Source of the DNA: Adineta vaga
Lineage: Eukaryota > Animalia > Rotifera
DNA: 64,000 nucleotides
Assembly (NCBI GenBank): GCA_021613535.1
Contig: CP075494.1
Span: forward strand, 2,542,001-2,606,000
Reading direction: 5' to 3'
The notes under the pieces are model-generated. The model was not told where the DNA came from. It ran no database searches and worked only from the letters and a program-made list of their open reading frames with translations. How positions within the stretch are numbered: the stretch's first letter is position 1; the number at the start of each line of letters is the position of its first letter. The translations under genes were made by a program, and so were the position numbers. This document shows, piece after piece, positions 36,082 to 48,579 of the stretch.

Positions 36082-36183
36082 CCAAGGGGGTAAAAGCAGA
36101 GACTCGAATCAATTTCCGACTTCATAAAATCATCTGAAGTCAGTTTTGACTTCGGATAATTTTTCTGCTTTTATCTTCTTCCA
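36082..36183. mobile_element. Degenerate MITE related to the 31496 element
   Basis: CCAAGGGGGTAAAAGCAGA ... TCTGCTTTTATC. Confidence 0.5.
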
Positions 36184-36632
36184 TGATACGATGTGTTTCT
36201 CCCAAGTATATATAGATTTCCTTGAATATATCACTGATCACCACTAGACCCTCGATTTTTGTTGTCATTCTAAACATATGTAATGAAAGATGGGACAATA
36301 GAAACTATTACTAAGTCGCAGTATGCTGTTCAGGGAAACTGTGCAAACGAATAACAGCACAACCGCGTGAGTCTTAAGCCACTAAGTTAAGTCACAGGGA
36401 TGTTCAAATATATTTTCAGAATCCAAGAGGATCCAGAGGATACGGTAGGATCCAAGATTCGCTTTTCCCCTCTTGATGATAGGTGAATACAGCCACAATA
36501 CGTATTGAACATAATATAGGACAAGCGAAACAGTAAATTGCCTTATTATCTAAAAAACACGACTTCAAACATAAATATTTCAACACACTTTTTCTATACA
36601 CTTCACTCATGTGTTCCCCAAAACCGAGCATA

Positions 36633-36686
36633 CTTGAGGGTGTGGAGTGATGGATAAAAGAACAATCTCACCCACATTCTTCATAA
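36633..36686. repeat. Telomere-repeat palindrome E15
   Basis: CTTGAGGGTGTGGAGTGA...CTCACCCACATTCTTCAT. Confidence 0.7.
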
Positions 36687-36857
36687 TGAAGTTCGTACAA
36701 CTTTAGCTTCTCTTTTTGCTAAGTAAGATAAGTTTATTTATTAGAAAACAAAAAAATAGAATCTTTTTTAGAAGGAACACAAACACCAGAAACAAACAAA
36801 AACATTAGTAGATAATTAAATAAACGATAGTGTTCATATGTCTGTCAAGAAAAGCCT

Positions 36858-38765
36858 CTAACGTCGTACACATTGTTTCTTTGTACTAAATTGCCCATCT
36901 AAATCGGTAAATGTTACGTCTGCACATTGACATTTGCAACAATCTGAATCCTGTTTACATTTACTTATTACTGGACAATTGGTGCCACATATTGGTGTAA
37001 TATTAGGATTAGCACATGAACCATAAATATCATTCGCATTGTGTCGATAACACTTGCACTCGAATAGAGCAGGTTGACAACAATCGGAATTCTTTGTACA
37101 ATTTTGAATTGTACAACAAGTACTAGAGGCTACTGTTGTTGTTACTGTTGTTGCTGTGATAGTAGATGTTGAACTGGTTGATTCCGTAGACGTAACAGAG
37201 CACATAGATGATGAAGGATTGCTCTGACAATAGATAGTATTGTTGCCACCTGTACAATACTGTGATTGTGGATTGTAACATACACCAGAACACAGTTGAC
37301 TTCCAATTGCACATACTGTACCATTAATATCATCGATACATAAATGTGTTGTGATATCATAACATTGTCGCTGTGGGCCGCAAACACGAGCAGTTTGTGG
37401 ACTATCCGGTGCATATACATTATATCGACTATTGACGCAAATTGTCTGATTATTCACACATGACGATTGATAATTTGTAAAACATTGATTACCACATGAA
37501 TACTGGATAGGACACATCGTGGTATTAGCACATGCTAATTTAGAAGAGTTATAACATGTAAGACCGAGTGGATAGGATGATAAAAAAGAAGTAGATTGTA
37601 CATTACAAACGGATTCACCAAGATTGCAAATAAATGTATTGTTATAGCAGTACTGAGAATTAGAATAACAAGTGCCATTGCAGGAATTAATACACTGTAC
37701 ATTACCATCAATACATACTGCTGAACTAGTATTATAACATTTTGATCCACATAATCGTGCATCTAATCCAAAACAGACTGTTGTTTCGTTTAAGCAAACA
37801 CCTGTGGTATTATCGTAACACTGTCGTTGCGGGCCGCAAACACGAGCAGTTTGTGGACTATCCGGTGCATATACATTATATCGACTATTGACGCAAATTG
37901 TCTGATTATTGACACAAGATGATTGATAATTTGTAAAACATTGATTACCACATGAATACTGGATAGGACAAATGGTGGTATTAGCACATGCTAATTTAGA
38001 AGAGTTATAACATGTAAGACCGAGTGGATAGGATGATAAAAAAGAAGTAGATTGTACATTACAAACGGATTCACCAAGATTGCAAATAAATGTATTGTTA
38101 TAGCAGTACTGAGAATTAGAATAACAAGTACCATTGCAGGAATTAATACACTGTACATTACCATCAATACATACTGCTGAACTAGTATTATAACATTTTG
38201 ATCCACATAATCGTGCATCTAATCCAAAACAGACTGTTGTTTCGTTTAAGCAAACACCTGTGGTATTATCGTAACACTGTCGTTGTGGGCCGCAAACACG
38301 AGCAGTTTGTGGACTATCCGGTGCATATACATTATATCGACTATTGACGCAAATTGTCTGATTATTGACACATGATGATTGATAATTTGTAAAACATTGA
38401 TTACCACATGAATACTGGATAGGACAAATGGTGGTATTAGCACATGCTAATTTAGAAGAGTTATAACATGTAAGACCGAGTGGATAAGATGATAAAAAAG
38501 AAGTAGATTGTACATTACAAACGGATTCACCAAGATTGCAAATAAATGTGTTGTTATAACAGTATTGAGAATTAGAATAACAAGTACCATTGCAGGAATT
38601 GATACATTGAATAACAGTACTGCTGTTGGCACATCCTTGTATGGTTGGATCATAGCAGCCACTTGTTCCACACGGTTGTTGTCCAATGGGGCAGGTAAGT
38701 GATAATACACCAACGGCATATAGTAAGGATAGCAAACTTATGGTGTTTATATTGTGTTGAGCCAT
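36858..38765 (-). CDS. Secreted Cys-rich repeat protein (CBM52/galaxin-like CGxxCY repeats) with ~3 tandem 152-aa units
   Basis: Signal peptide; near-identical repeats with a 456-bp period; Ser/Thr linker; C-terminal Cys-rich domain; intronless. Confidence 0.85.
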   Translation of the reverse strand: MAQHNINTISLLSLLYAVGVLSLTCPIGQQPCGTSGCYDPTIQGCANSSTVIQCINSCNGTCYSNSQYCYNNTFICNLGESVCNVQSTSFLSSYPLGLTCYNSSKLACANTTICPIQYSCGNQCFTNYQSSCVNNQTICVNSRYNVYAPDSPQTARVCGPQRQCYDNTTGVCLNETTVCFGLDARLCGSKCYNTSSAVCIDGNVQCINSCNGTCYSNSQYCYNNTFICNLGESVCNVQSTSFLSSYPLGLTCYNSSKLACANTTICPIQYSCGNQCFTNYQSSCVNNQTICVNSRYNVYAPDSPQTARVCGPQRQCYDNTTGVCLNETTVCFGLDARLCGSKCYNTSSAVCIDGNVQCINSCNGTCYSNSQYCYNNTFICNLGESVCNVQSTSFLSSYPLGLTCYNSSKLACANTTMCPIQYSCGNQCFTNYQSSCVNNQTICVNSRYNVYAPDSPQTARVCGPQRQCYDITTHLCIDDINGTVCAIGSQLCSGVCYNPQSQYCTGGNNTIYCQSNPSSSMCSVTSTESTSSTSTITATTVTTTVASSTCCTIQNCTKNSDCCQPALFECKCYRHNANDIYGSCANPNITPICGTNCPVISKCKQDSDCCKCQCADVTFTDLDGQFSTKKQCVRR

Positions 38766-39500
38766 AAGATATTAAAATATTGAAATAACTATGTATGAGG
38801 TTTGTCTTTGAGTAGCACTACTGTACTGTATATATATATATATATTGTATTTGCTCAAGAAGGTACAAGCTATATATATATGACGTCGGTGAAGGAAGTA
38901 ATTTTCATGGTCGGAACTTCATCTTGCTCATTAAGACTATCAAAATATATAGAAAAAAAATCAATAAAGTGTAAATCAAGAGAAAAAAGGAAGTGTGTAG
39001 TTTCGTAAGCAAAAGTCATGTATCATATATTGACTCGTATACGTTCTTTTCTTCATATCAAAGACGATATGTAAACCCATAATACGCTTCACTAGTTTTT
39101 TTTTCTTCTCACCGAAAATGTGTGAATAGCAACTACCGAATTACGCATTTTGTTCACTTTCGCCAGTTGTTTTTTTCTACTTTCTAAAAATCAACATAGC
39201 ATCAATATACAATAGTGAAGCAAATCTTCATAATGATGTTATAAGCTAAACAGTGGGATTACAAGCGATGGTTCGTCGGACATATTTAAAGAATCAGCCA
39301 GTGAATACTTACTATAAATTCTGGTAGTTTTTTGTACTTGTTACTTCAAATCTCGTGTACTTTTAGTGGAAATATAAAAATACGTTGATTATAGATGTTT
39401 TCGTGTTTCAATTTTTTTTTAACTTTCCAATTCTAATCAGTAATGTGGATGTTAATCCATAATGTATTTCTAAGAAGTTTCGATGTTACCTAAATACGCT

Positions 39501-39554
39501 TTAGGGTGGGTGAAGACTGAACAATCACCTATAACCACACTCAAACCCTCAAGA
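39501..39554. repeat. Telomere-repeat palindrome E16
   Basis: TTAGGGTGGGTGA...CCACACTCAAACCCTCAAGA. Confidence 0.7.
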
Positions 39555-39569
39555 TTAATCATTGTCTGA

Positions 39570-39703
39570 CGACTAGGGGTAGGTTTTCATCGATCTATAA
39601 GCTGTTTTCACCTGATTGGCTTGGACAAACAAACAAACTTTAACGATTTTAACAGCCTCTTTAAGGAGCCTATAACCGTTTCTTTCAGAAAAGGGAACAA
39701 AAC
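39570..39703 (+). mobile_element. Helentron/DINE-1-like element end
   Basis: (ACAA)n microsatellite, then TATAACCGTTTCTTTCAGAAAAGGG, matching 18452-18476. Confidence 0.45.
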
Positions 39704-39997
39704 ATAATTCTAACTACGTATAGTTTTGGAATGCCTTGCATAAACAATATAGACTGATATTATAAGAAAATTTTTCATACATGTGTTTCTATGCAACAGA
39801 ATTTTGAAAAGGAAATTTATTTTTTCTTTGTTATATTCTATTAAAATATTACAATAAAAGTTTTCTTTTTAATCAAAATTCAACAGTCCATATATTTCGC
39901 TTGAGAGAGTATTATTTTTTAATTATATTATGGAAGAAGTAATTTCCTTATCATTTTCTCTTTATTTTAAGAATTTATAAAAATTTTATTGAATATC

Positions 39998-40858
39998 ATG
40001 TCTACAGCAACAATTTTGTATTCTATTCAACAGTATTTATTTCGTATTGGTGGTCCTATACTTGTATTTAGTAGTACAGTTAGTTGCATACTGAATTTAA
40101 TTGTCTTTACTCAGAATACTTTACGAAAAAGTCCATGTACAATTTGTCTGATAGTAATCAATTTCATTAATTTATTATTAATTTATCTGAGCTTATCTTT
40201 TGTTATACTTGCAACTGGTTTTAATATTGATCCTGCTTCACATAATATTATTTTATGTCGATTTCGTTATTATATAGCAATGATTCTTGTATGCATAGAA
40301 GCATCGTGTCTAATTTTAGCATCTATTGATCGTACGTTAGTCACTTCACCAAATGCTCGTACACGACAATGTAGTACAAGTCGTTTAGCTACCTTGAGTA
40401 TTAGTGTTATATGTGTATTTTGGTCAGTATTTCATATTCATGCATTGATTTTTATTGTAATCGTAGAATTTAGTCCTGACTATTCTAATTGTTTCTATCA
40501 ATCGGGTGTATATACTGTCATAATGGCCTATTATGGACTTTTACTCAGTGGAATTATTCCACCTATGATTATGATCTTATTTGGATGTTGGACAATAAAA
40601 AATATTCGACGTGTAGGTCGTTTTGAACAACATTCAAGAACAACAAACACTGATGGAACGGCTATTACTCGACCTCGTACTCTTCATATAAAAGATCGTC
40701 AATTAATTCGAATATTAATGGTAGATATCATGACCTATATTATTTGCAAATTTCCAGTTCTAATTTTTAACATCTATCAACAAATTTCTCAACATAATCG
40801 TCACAATATCGTCATAATATATGCAAATATAAGTGTGCTACTTATAACGAATATTTAA
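39998..40858 (+). pseudogene. Rhodopsin-like (class A) GPCR, apparently lacking TM7
   Basis: NLIVF..LRKSPC, C-RFR, LASIDR (DRY-like), IIPP TM5 and DRQLIRIL TM6, then an abrupt end. Confidence 0.7.
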
Positions 40859-41184
40859 GAAATAAACAAAACAAACTTTTTCAATAGTCATTACAAACTT
40901 TGGGTTTTTTCCGACTTACAAAAATGAATCATCAGCTGAAAGAAATAAACATTTTTTTGTCATCCCATTACTCATCGTAGCATGATTTACGGTCTTTCTT
41001 CCTTTCTGTTAGTTAATAAAGCAAAGCTTTAGTATTGTACGCACAGCAATTTCATATGACTTAAAATGCATCACATCAAACGATCATTAGAATTTAATGA
41101 AACTTCCGACATCGAATCAAACAAATTAAAAAGTAAAATATACATAAAAAAATTAATTTTTTATTTCATTTTTGTTTTTTCTAG

Positions 41185-43008
41185 AAACATCTCACGAAGA
41201 AAAGTAAATAATAAAAAAGAATTTTTTCTTTAAAATTAAACTAATTTTGATTCGATTTAGATCTCGAATTACTTTACTTGAAAATCTTTCAAATGATTTA
41301 TTTTATGAAATATTTGATTATCTTGATGGTTATAATATTTCTCAAGCATTTTCTAAACTTAATATTCGTTTTCAACATCTTATTACATCATCAACAGTCT
41401 TACTAAAAATAAAAGTTAACTCAAAAATTCAATCAGAAGTAGATGACTTATGTCAAAATGTAATTTTACCTAATAGACAACATATTATTTCACTTTATTT
41501 TGAAAATGCATTGTTTATTAATGATCATTTTACAAAATATATATTAGATTCATCATTTAATCATCTTGAATCAATAACACTTAAAAAAATTTCACTTGAT
41601 CGATTAATAATTCTACTTCTTTATTTGAATTCCCTTCCTCGATTATTTTCATTATCTATAGAATTAAATGATACATCGATTGATAATCTTACTGATGTTT
41701 ATCGATTAATTTTTTCATTACCATTTTTAAAATCAAATACTCTTTCTATATTAACATTTGGCGACAATATACAATACAATATCTTTATACCATTTACTAT
41801 TCAACATCAATTTAGTGCTATTGAATATTTATCTCTTAATCATAATTGTACTATTGATGAACTTTTATCGATACTTCATTATACACCTCGACTTCGTTAC
41901 TTAACTTGTAGATATTTGACAAAGACCGATAGTATTATTGATATTAAACCAATAGTAAAATTATTCAATTTAACGTATCTTTGTATTTGTGATTGTCAAT
42001 TAAATTTTGATGAATTTGAGATATTTATAGTAATAATAAGTTCTCATCTGAAAGTATTGAAGATTTTAGAATACAAAGATGAACATTATCTTGATGGTAA
42101 TCGATGGGAAAGAATAATCAAAAATCAATTGCCACAATTACGCAAATTTTACTTTAAACATAAAACTAAATTTCATACTGGAGCTACAAATGCTTTTTTA
42201 TTGATGAATATTAATAAATTTACTTCAATATTTTGGATTGAACGTCAATGGTTCGTTGAAGTAAATGTTTTTGGTCGTTTTATAGATTATTTAATCAATC
42301 CATACAGGTGGAGAAAGAAACTAATCAAATATTGAAAGATATATTTTGTGTTTTTTTAGACAAAGTGACAATCTTTCACCAAAATATGTTATGAAAATGA
42401 ATGAAGAAATGATCGATCAATGTTCAATGTCCTTTATTACACCTACTAAACTTCGTATTCTTCGTATTTCCAAAGGACAACGTACACAAGTTTTTATTGC
42501 TAATTTAAAATCTCTTTCTGCTGCACTTCAATTTACTTGTTTAAATATTCGTTGTAAAGAAATTTCTACTGAAATATTGATGAAAATCATAGACTTATTA
42601 CCAAATCTTGACTCATTAGATATGACATTACCGTATATTGAATCAATTTCACCTTTTAATTATAATGAAAATATTGATTTTTCAACATCAATCAATAATA
42701 GAATAACAAAAGTTACTCTTAAAAGAATACATGATATTAAAGAAGTCAATTTTTTCCTCAATCTTTGTCTTCGTATGAAATATCTTCATCTCAGTGTTTT
42801 ACAACACATCAATCTAGACGATCTTCTACGATGTATTTTATTACAAGCTAATACATTTCTTTCTCAATTAAAATACGTATGTTTACATGTCCCAAGTGCC
42901 AGCGAAGAAATTGTTTATCAATTACAAAAACTAATCGATACTGAAAAACTTTTAACTAATTATATGATCAATCGTTCTGGTAATTATATTTATTTAAAAT
43001 GGAAATGA
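41185..43008 (+). CDS. F-box/LRR-like protein (intron ~42308-42359; small upstream exon possible)
   Basis: LENLSNDLFYEIFDYL F-box, YLDGNRWE, FWIERQWF; GT..AG between the two ORFs. Confidence 0.8.
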
Positions 43009-43118
43009 TTTTTATGAATCTAATGACATTTTATACTGATTTTATTCTATTTTTCAAAAGAAATCGAATATGCTTATTTTGACATGAGAATGCATTGAAT
43101 GATTATAATCGTACAACG

Positions 43119-43170
43119 TTGAGGGTGTGGGTGTGAGTATTCATTCTTCATCCAACCATACCCACACAAT
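43119..43170. repeat. Telomere-repeat palindrome E17
   Basis: TTGAGGGTGTGGGTGTGAG-TATTCATTCTTCATCCAAC-CATACCCACAC. Confidence 0.8.
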
Positions 43171-43223
43171 ATGATAAAAGTAGTAATGGAACAATAAATA
43201 CAAAAATAATGAGGAGAACAAGT

Positions 43224-43281
43224 CAGAGATGCCCATCGCGGCGTGGTAGCGGTAGATTTTCAACCGCGATGGACATCTCTG
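43224..43281. mobile_element. 58-bp hAT-type micro-MITE
   Basis: TIR CAGAGATGCCCATCGCGG / CCGCGATGGACATCTCTG; perfect 8-bp TSD GAACAAGT (43216-43223, 43282-43289). Confidence 0.9.
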
Positions 43282-43306
43282 GAACAAGTGTAGATAGAAT
43301 GACTAA

Positions 43307-43639
43307 TTATTTATAATTTGGTTGATTAAATATTAAATTTTGATATCCGTATTCTAAGAATTCTTCCATAAGAGTTGCTGCTCGAGTAGTACCACCAACA
43401 GAACGAAACAATTTTTCATTTCGGTGTGCATCTGCATAGAAATGATTGAACTTTTTGAAGTCAGATGGATTTGGATATGTTATATTCTTGTCATTAATAT
43501 TAAGAGTAATATTTTCTACTAATAATGATATTTACTTGCGTAATAATGTTAATTTCATATTCCATCCAATATGTGTTAATCCACCTCCAGCTTCCTCAAC
43601 TCGTAATGCATTATCAACATGATCTATATGTGGTGTTAA
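43307..43639 (-). pseudogene. UDP-glycosyltransferase (GT1) C-terminal fragment, not in the ORF track
   Basis: LTPHIDHVDNALRVEEAGGGL...RK*ISLL...SVGGTTRAATLMEEFL; stop at 43532-43534; 5' part replaced by E18. Confidence 0.7.
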
Positions 43640-43640
43640 C

Positions 43641-43702
43641 GGTGTGGGTGTGGGTGTTATATAAATGAAGTGCACACCCACACCCACCCACACCCTCAAT
43701 AT
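43641..43702. repeat. Telomere-repeat palindrome E18
   Basis: GGTGTGGGTGTGGGTGT-TATATAAATGAAGTGC-ACACCCACACCCACCCACACCCTCAATAT. Confidence 0.9.
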
Positions 43703-43984
43703 CTATTTAATTAAATTGACGGATTCTAGTTTGTACTATGAAACATTAATTGCAATGAAATATAAAAATGAAATCTATATATGTATGTTGGAACAAAAGT
43801 GGGATTTAGATTTGAGGAAAATTATTTGTGGAAAATTTAATATACCAGATAATTTAAAAGATTTATTTTTATTATTCTTTAATTAAAAATTTTCAATTGT
43901 TTACATCTTTTTCTTTCAAAAAGTCTATGAAACGAAATCTTCAATCTAAATCTTAAATTGAGATTTATTCAAAAATATATGTAA

Positions 43985-45525
43985 TTAAGAAATAAGTAGA
44001 ACAGTTTCCGCAAGCGGTGCAATTGAATTCATAGCACCTGATGTTTTATCTTGAATATATTGAATACGATAAAAGTCTCGCATTCTTCTTGTCATTGATT
44101 GACATCGAAAAATTACAGTAAGTAATTGACTAAAACGTTTACAAGCTTGAAATTCACCGAATTTATTCAACAAATAATTCCATAGTAATTCTGTATAATG
44201 TGTATGAGCACGATAAACAGCTAATGGATCTTTTAATAATGGTTCGTTGTCATCGAATAATGAACCATGAGAATAAATAAGAATTATCGAAAGAATTGAT
44301 ATTAATACTAGATCTTGTTCAGTAACATCAATCAATGAACGTATTAGACTAGCGAATACATCACGAAAATCATTTTCTGCACCACATAACATAAAAAATC
44401 GACGAAGTTTTTCAACTTCTTTACAATTTTGACGTGAACAACAATCATTGAATGGTTTATAATTGAAACATTTTGATAATATAAATAAAGGGAAAATATT
44501 AAATTTAATTAGAATAAAACGATCGTCATCATTTAAACATTTGAATTCATTAGTTTGACGAAAAAAATTGATGAAACATAAAGCGATCTCATGAATCAAA
44601 TATGACCATGATATTAAAGCAGAAGCACGATTTGATACATCAATACGCGCACAACTTGCTGTATCAACTTGAAACATCGATGAAAATGATAATCGAACAC
44701 TTTCGATAGTAACACATTCTGTAACAGACAATGTTTTCATTAATATATTCTGTTGAAAAAGCACAGTATTATCATCATTATTCGTCTCCATCAATAACTA
44801 AAAAACAAAACATAATCATATGACAAAAGCATTTTCTACATCTTTATTATCAAAAATACAAAACTTACATCATCAATTTCATTTGAATAAGTCTGTGAAA
44901 TTGTTTCTGAATTAGTGAATACAGATTTTGATGTAGATGACGAATGTTTTGTAGTTATAGTTCGATTATGTTCAAGACGTTGTTTTCTTCGTTGCATCTT
45001 TTCTTTACTACAAAACAAATCGTGTTTCATTCCCATTGCAAAACATTGATCTAATCGACATCGTGAACAATTACGACGCATTTCATGTGTAACTAAACAT
45101 TGGCCTTGACCCGTCAAACAGTTCAATTTTGTCTAAACATAATTCAAATAAATATCAAATTAAAGACAAAGAAAATAAACAAACTAAATCTTGATGAGCA
45201 TTACGATGAAAGAAAACTTTACAAGAACCACATGAAAGAACATTATAATTAAATCCAATTGCGCGATCTCCGCAAATTGCACAAATCAAATCATCTGATT
45301 TTTGAAATTTCTTAACTGCTTTTGATCGATTATTTTTGTTTGAATTCTACAAATAAATATTATTTATTTTAATCGATTTTACTAATAATAAATACGAACA
45401 AGTTCAGTTAATTTTTCCAGAAAAGCTAAATCAATAATACTTGTATTTGCAGCAGTATCCAAAGAAAACTGTCGAATAATAGCTTCGTTTGATGTAATAA
45501 TAAGCAGTTTTGTTTGAGCAGACAT
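43985..45525 (-). CDS. Nuclear hormone receptor (NR1J/HR96-like), 4 exons
   Basis: [29 protein letters not shown], second finger [21 protein letters not shown] signature [21 protein letters not shown]. Confidence 0.9.
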
Positions 45526-45761
45526 GAATATATTTTTCACCGCGCTGTTATATATAATACGACGATTGTGTTGATCAACGAGATGCAAAAGTGTGAAGAT
45601 GAATATACAGAATGGAAAAAGAAAAAATAGTTATGCACCTTTACTCTTCTCGTGTACAGAGAAACGAAAGGCAGAAAAATCTTTTTTTTTCTATGTATGA
45701 CGTCAGAGCTTGTCTCGTTTACTTTGCAAAACATGTTTCAGTTCATAATTATAGCTGAATA

Positions 45762-45777
45762 TTCTTAAGGGTGTGAT
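45762..45777 (+). repeat. Degenerate single arm E19
   Basis: TTCTTAAGGGTGTGAT between the divergent NHR and MFS genes. Confidence 0.35.
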
Positions 45778-46409
45778 GACTAGTGTAATCATTAAACATA
45801 ACTTCGATATTGTGCAAATTTATTTCTTAAAAGCAGATTTTATTGATGTAATAGAAATATGTTCGATGGAAAAATAGAAAAAATAATCATGCAGCAGTAA
45901 TCTATACTTGCTCGAGAATCTATTAGTTAGTAAAAGAAAAGAATACAGGTAACAGGCGTTTCATCATCTAGGTATACATTTAATATTACACCTAACGCCT
46001 ACGACGAATGTACGTTTCATGTACGAAAGAACAGTAAAAATACATGACCCGCCGCAAGGCGAGAGCGACGGTATATAAATACGGCAATTCTATGTTTCTG
46101 AAATAGGCAGAAAACAGTACAAAATATTCACTACCAAGAGCTGCTTTTTCGGTACACTATAAAGTAAGTGTCATACTAGATTCTGTTAACAGAAAAAGAC
46201 TGTCAGATAAATAACGTTATTTCCAAATAAGTTAATGAAAAGTATTAAATGTATCATGTAGAATTCAATCATTTAATAGACTAGTTTGATTTTTATATAA
46301 AAATTTTCTGTAATTATATTTTTAGTTTATCAATTTATTGTAGAAAACAAACATTTTCAAATATTAATTATCACAAGTAGTCTAAAAAGTGTAATAAAAA
46401 GTTAATAAC

Positions 46410-47957
46410 ATGTTACCTAACTTATCAGGAAACAAGTCCACAACTGAAACAAGTGATATTGCTAGTTTTTGGTTACCATGGAAAGGTAAACGATTAGGAA
46501 CTTTTACACTTTTACGACAAACTTATAGAGGGAATGGAAGTGAAGAATCTCCTTTTATCATTGATTGGCTGGATGATGACACAGAAAATCCCAAAAAATG
46601 GTCGAGTTTATACAAGTGGTTCATCACATTGATTATATGTACTGCAACTCTTGCGATTACATTTGTCTCTTCGGCTTATACAGGTCCATTTACAGAGCTC
46701 AAAGACCAGTTTAGTGTAAGCGAAGAAGTAATCACACTCGGTTTATCATTATTCACTATTGCCTTTGCCATTACACCTCTATTTTGGGCACCATTTTCAG
46801 AAATTCTAGGAAGACGACCATTTTTTATTATAACTTATGGTGCATTAACTGCATTCAATGCTGGAGCTGCAGCATCGAAAAATATTTGGACATTACTTAT
46901 TTTACGATTCTTTGCTGGAGCATTTGCTGCTTCCTCTTTAGCAAATTCTGGAGGTGTACTAGCTGATCTATTTCTAGCATCCAAACGTGGTATTCCTTTA
47001 TCGGCATTGGTAGTAGCAACATTTGCAGGCATAATAATAGGACCAATTATTGGAGGATTCGTGGGTGAAACAATTGGATGGCGTTGGGTCGAAGGAGTAA
47101 TGGCTATTTTTACTGGAATAATATGGATGACAATGTGTTTCTTTGTACCGGAGAGTTTCAATCCAGTTCTTCTTCGTGAACGAGCAAATAAATTATCACA
47201 AGTAACAGGAAAAGTTTATCGATCAAAATTTGAAGAAAAAGAAATCCAAAAAATTGGTAAAGTTTTCAAAATATCACTTTCACGTCCTTGGCTTCTTCTA
47301 TTTCGTGAACCAATTGTTCTTCTTCTATCTCTCTATATGGCTATTATCTTTGGTATTCTTCACATGTTTTTTGGTGCTTATCCAATTGTCTATCAAGAAA
47401 AACGAGGATGGAGTGAAGGCATTGGTGGATTAGCTTTTAATGGTATTTTAGTTGGAATCATTATTTCATTCTTTTATACAATACTCGATGATCTACGATA
47501 CAATAATATTGCAAAGAAAAGCGATGGTGGATATGCTTCACCAGAAGATCGTCTTCCACCGGCTCTAGTTGGTTCTATTTGTTTACCTATTAGTTTATTT
47601 TGGTTTGCCTGGACTTGTTCTCCTTCCATTCATTGGATTGTCTCAATTATTGCTAGTGCACCTTTTGGTTTTGGTACAGGTCTGATTTTTGTAGGTATTT
47701 TCAATTATCTTATCGATTCATATACAATCTATGCAGCTTCTGTATTTGCATCGAATATGGTAATTCGTTATGTTTTTGGGGCAGTTTTTCCTTTATTCAC
47801 AACGCAGATGTATCACAAATTAGGAATCCACTGGGCTACAAGTTTAACAGCGTTTTTAACATTAGTTTGTTTACCATTTCCCTTTTTATTTTATAAATAT
47901 GGTTCAACAATACGGAAACGATGTAAATATGCTGCCGAAGCTCAAGCATTTAGATAA
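46410..47957 (+). CDS. MFS drug:H+ antiporter (DHA1 family), fungal-like, intronless
   Basis: YRGNGSEESPFIIDWLDDDTENPKKWS, WAPFSEILGRRP, LILRFFAG, GWRW, PES, PEDRLPP, YLIDSYTIYAAS; ~12 TM. Confidence 0.9.
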   Translation: MLPNLSGNKSTTETSDIASFWLPWKGKRLGTFTLLRQTYRGNGSEESPFIIDWLDDDTENPKKWSSLYKWFITLIICTATLAITFVSSAYTGPFTELKDQFSVSEEVITLGLSLFTIAFAITPLFWAPFSEILGRRPFFIITYGALTAFNAGAAASKNIWTLLILRFFAGAFAASSLANSGGVLADLFLASKRGIPLSALVVATFAGIIIGPIIGGFVGETIGWRWVEGVMAIFTGIIWMTMCFFVPESFNPVLLRERANKLSQVTGKVYRSKFEEKEIQKIGKVFKISLSRPWLLLFREPIVLLLSLYMAIIFGILHMFFGAYPIVYQEKRGWSEGIGGLAFNGILVGIIISFFYTILDDLRYNNIAKKSDGGYASPEDRLPPALVGSICLPISLFWFAWTCSPSIHWIVSIIASAPFGFGTGLIFVGIFNYLIDSYTIYAASVFASNMVIRYVFGAVFPLFTTQMYHKLGIHWATSLTAFLTLVCLPFPFLFYKYGSTIRKRCKYAAEAQAFR

Positions 47958-47997
47958 TAAACGACTCATACAAATCATAATATACAAGAGTGAAATA

Positions 47998-48058
47998 GGG
48001 TGGGTGTGGGCGTGACCGTAACGGCTCTCTCATCATTCATGCACACCCACACCGACCC
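47998..48058. repeat. Telomere-repeat palindrome E20
   Basis: GGGTGGGTGTGGGCGTG...CACACCCACACCGACCC; 40 bp after the MFS stop. Confidence 0.8.
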
Positions 48059-48579
48059 GTTATCTATTGAATATGTCTTAATCTTTTTTTTTCTATAAAC
48101 GAATCAATTTTATGAAGTTCTTAATATATCAGTGAATGAATAGATATGGATGTGTCAATATGATTCTTAGATTTATCATATCGGCAAAGAAAAACCAATG
48201 AAATATTGATGCGTAGTGTGATAGTAAGCAACAATGTATCATTGATAAGTCCGAAATAAGTTGATTTATAGTGCAAATTGACTTCTATACTCACACAGAC
48301 AGCATAAAAACAGACTATAATGTTAAATTTTTCCTGTTTTCTCCGAAAAGTTGATGTTTTTCTTTTTACACAATTCCTATTTGTTATTGTGTACTTTAAT
48401 AAACTTTAACAACGACGAAGAATAAAAAATTTTCTTCTTCTGCTGTTTTTATTTGCATAAGAACGTCATTTACTTCCTACCATCAACAGATATAACCTGG
48501 AAATTACCAAGACAATTTCATTTGTCTTTGTATGAAATCTGTGAATATTTCTATTTATTTTTATCATCAAATATAAACG

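Noticed and set aside
37123-38719. Several repeated 60-90 aa ORFs
   Set aside because: Alternative frames of the 456-bp repeat in the Cys-rich gene.
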